From positions 5,456,001-5,520,000 of the forward strand of contig NC_134035.1 in NCBI RefSeq assembly GCF_964204645.1: 64,000 nt of DNA, given 5' to 3'. The translations under genes were made by a program, and so were the position numbers. Source of the DNA: Tubulanus polymorphus. Its lineage: Eukaryota > Animalia > Nemertea. The notes under the pieces were generated by a model. The model saw nothing but the letters and a program-made list of their open reading frames with translations, was not told the origin of the DNA and did not search any database. This document shows positions 62,369-64,000 of the stretch, in pieces; positions within the stretch are counted from its first letter, which is position 1, and each line of letters begins with the position of its first letter.

Positions 62369-63278
62369 AATGTGGACAAAATGTTTTGTCAAGATTACCA
62401 ATATACAACGCGTGCCTTTTAGTCCAGTAATGGTTATACAGCTTGGTGCTGTAGTGATCTATGCGTGAACAATTTCAACCGTTTTTTCACAAAGAATGCC
62501 TACAGCTTATCAAGCGGTCCTCATTCTCGGATCACGAGACTTCGTCAAGCAAATCGAGCAGAGGATCGTTCCCAAGACGACGAATAATCGATCTTAGAAA
62601 ACAAACGAGATTCGAACCCAGGCGCGGAGGCTGACAGATTTCTACCGCCGGCTTCGTTGCCGCGCATCATAAAGAAACGAAACGAATCGTATCGGAAAGA
62701 AAACGTATTAAGAACCGAGACTGTAAATGTCTTATTTGCATTATTCCAATTTGCATAGCGCGCAGCTGGTTCGTATCAGCCGTAGAATCACGGCCAATCT
62801 TCCAAGAAGAGCGCACTCGAGATGAAAACAAAAACACCGCCATTTCTTCGACATCAATTCATCCGGATGAAATTATCATCGTCAAAATACGGTCGATTCC
62901 GAGACTGAACTGCGTAACTTCTGAGCCGAAATGAAAGTTAATGAAAACAGCTAGTTCCGATTAGTGAGTGAAAATGTTATTCCGCGAGCGAGTACCCGGT
63001 GAAGTTCCCATAAAGTTGAATCTTTACGCTGGGATTCGGACGTTACTGCGATTACGGCCTGTTTTCTGCAGTCATCGGGAAAATAACCAATCATTTCTAG
63101 TAATCTATAAAAGGCTTGTCTATATATACGTTCAAGTGCTTATAAATTCAAACAACTATTCAATTGTAATGGCTAACAGATATATTTCTTCGAGCTTATA
63201 TTTCATTCGACAATATTCTACAGGAAATTTTTGCATCGTATGTTTTTTTGCATCTCATCAAAGTCTTTCAACTTCCAC

Positions 63279-63321
63279 TATTCCTGAAGTTGTTTCTAGG
63301 ATATAGTCGAAACGTTGAATA
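63279..63321 (+). ncRNA. Decayed hammerhead-like copy retaining stem I
   Basis: TATTC-CTGAAGT-TG..TAGGATATAGTC-GAAA-CGTT-GAATA: TATTC/GAATA pair; shares TAGGATATAGTCGAAACGT with 37851-37869. Confidence 0.4.
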
Positions 63322-64000
63322 AACTGCGCCTCGAGGGAGCATTTCGCACTCGCATTTCTTTGTATAATCATTGTGAGATTCCGTTCCACGGCTTGTGAAC
63401 GTATATCTATATATTAATCTGAAACCTATTAAACGTAGATTTATATATTATTAACTTTATTCGATGCATGCATTATTTGAACACGCTCCTCGATGTGTAT
63501 AACATATGCGATACAGACCACATTTTAATATAAATATCACGTATATCAACGTAGTGCAAAAACCGCTGCATCGCTCCTGGTTTTGTATGGATTTTTCATG
63601 TATCTGAAAAATTCCAGATGGTCCTGGATTCTATTCGTATACGCGCAGATAATGGCTCTATATATGACTGTGTGAACGTATATACGACGTACACATGTGC
63701 ACGTTGTTGGTAATTCGGTTACATTTTGATATATTCTTTTCGCTACATCGAAAACACAAAAGGAACCGGCTGGTGTAGTAATTGAATGAATTTCTCTATT
63801 TATCAATTCCTGTGCCGAAAAAAATATTTCTAAATGCCTATACAGCTGTGCGCCTACTGTGTACACAGTAAACTCGCGGCAGCACGTTCGAATTGTGTAC
63901 GAATTTTAACTCGAAATATATTTTTTCGATTGAAAAAATCTACATGTCGTCATCCGTCATTGAGGGACAATATGTGAACAGATTTTGAGGTCCAAAACTG

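Noticed and set aside
61375-62625. GATTCGAACC B-box matches at about 61384 and 62610 as tRNA genes
   Set aside because: No A-box or cloverleaf; at most SINE debris.

Overview
AT-rich animal (invertebrate, probably spiralian; taxon is inference) genomic DNA with GT-AG spliceosomal introns, so the ORF track captures only fragments. I rebuilt the gene models by hand from splice sites and reading-frame phase. From the left: a 16-exon SMYD4 gene (+) whose first intron contains, on the same strand, a complete intronless MTG2/GTPBP5 gene with its own polyA signal; an intronless GT32 (SUR1/OCH1-type) glycosyltransferase; a 7-exon ankyrin-repeat gene; intronless-CDS UNC50 (-); a 14-exon MATE/SLC47 transporter (-) with altered acidic coupling residues; two adjacent orphan secreted cysteine-rich precursors (+), one with a perfectly mirror-symmetric C3C6C3C4C3C6C3C frame like the helical hairpin of nemertean neurotoxin B-IV; and an IgGFc-binding-domain/MopE-motif type I membrane protein (-). 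Non-coding DNA is full of short mobile elements: piggyBac-, Mutator-, Harbinger- and CAG-TSD MITEs, Helitron 3' ends, LINE tails, tRNA-derived segments, and recurrent head-to-head pairs of minimal hammerhead-like motifs typical of Penelope-like elements. No convincing coding gene was seen from about 52.3 to 64 kb. The best leads are the same-strand MTG2-in-SMYD4 unit and the Cys-rich secreted peptide pair.
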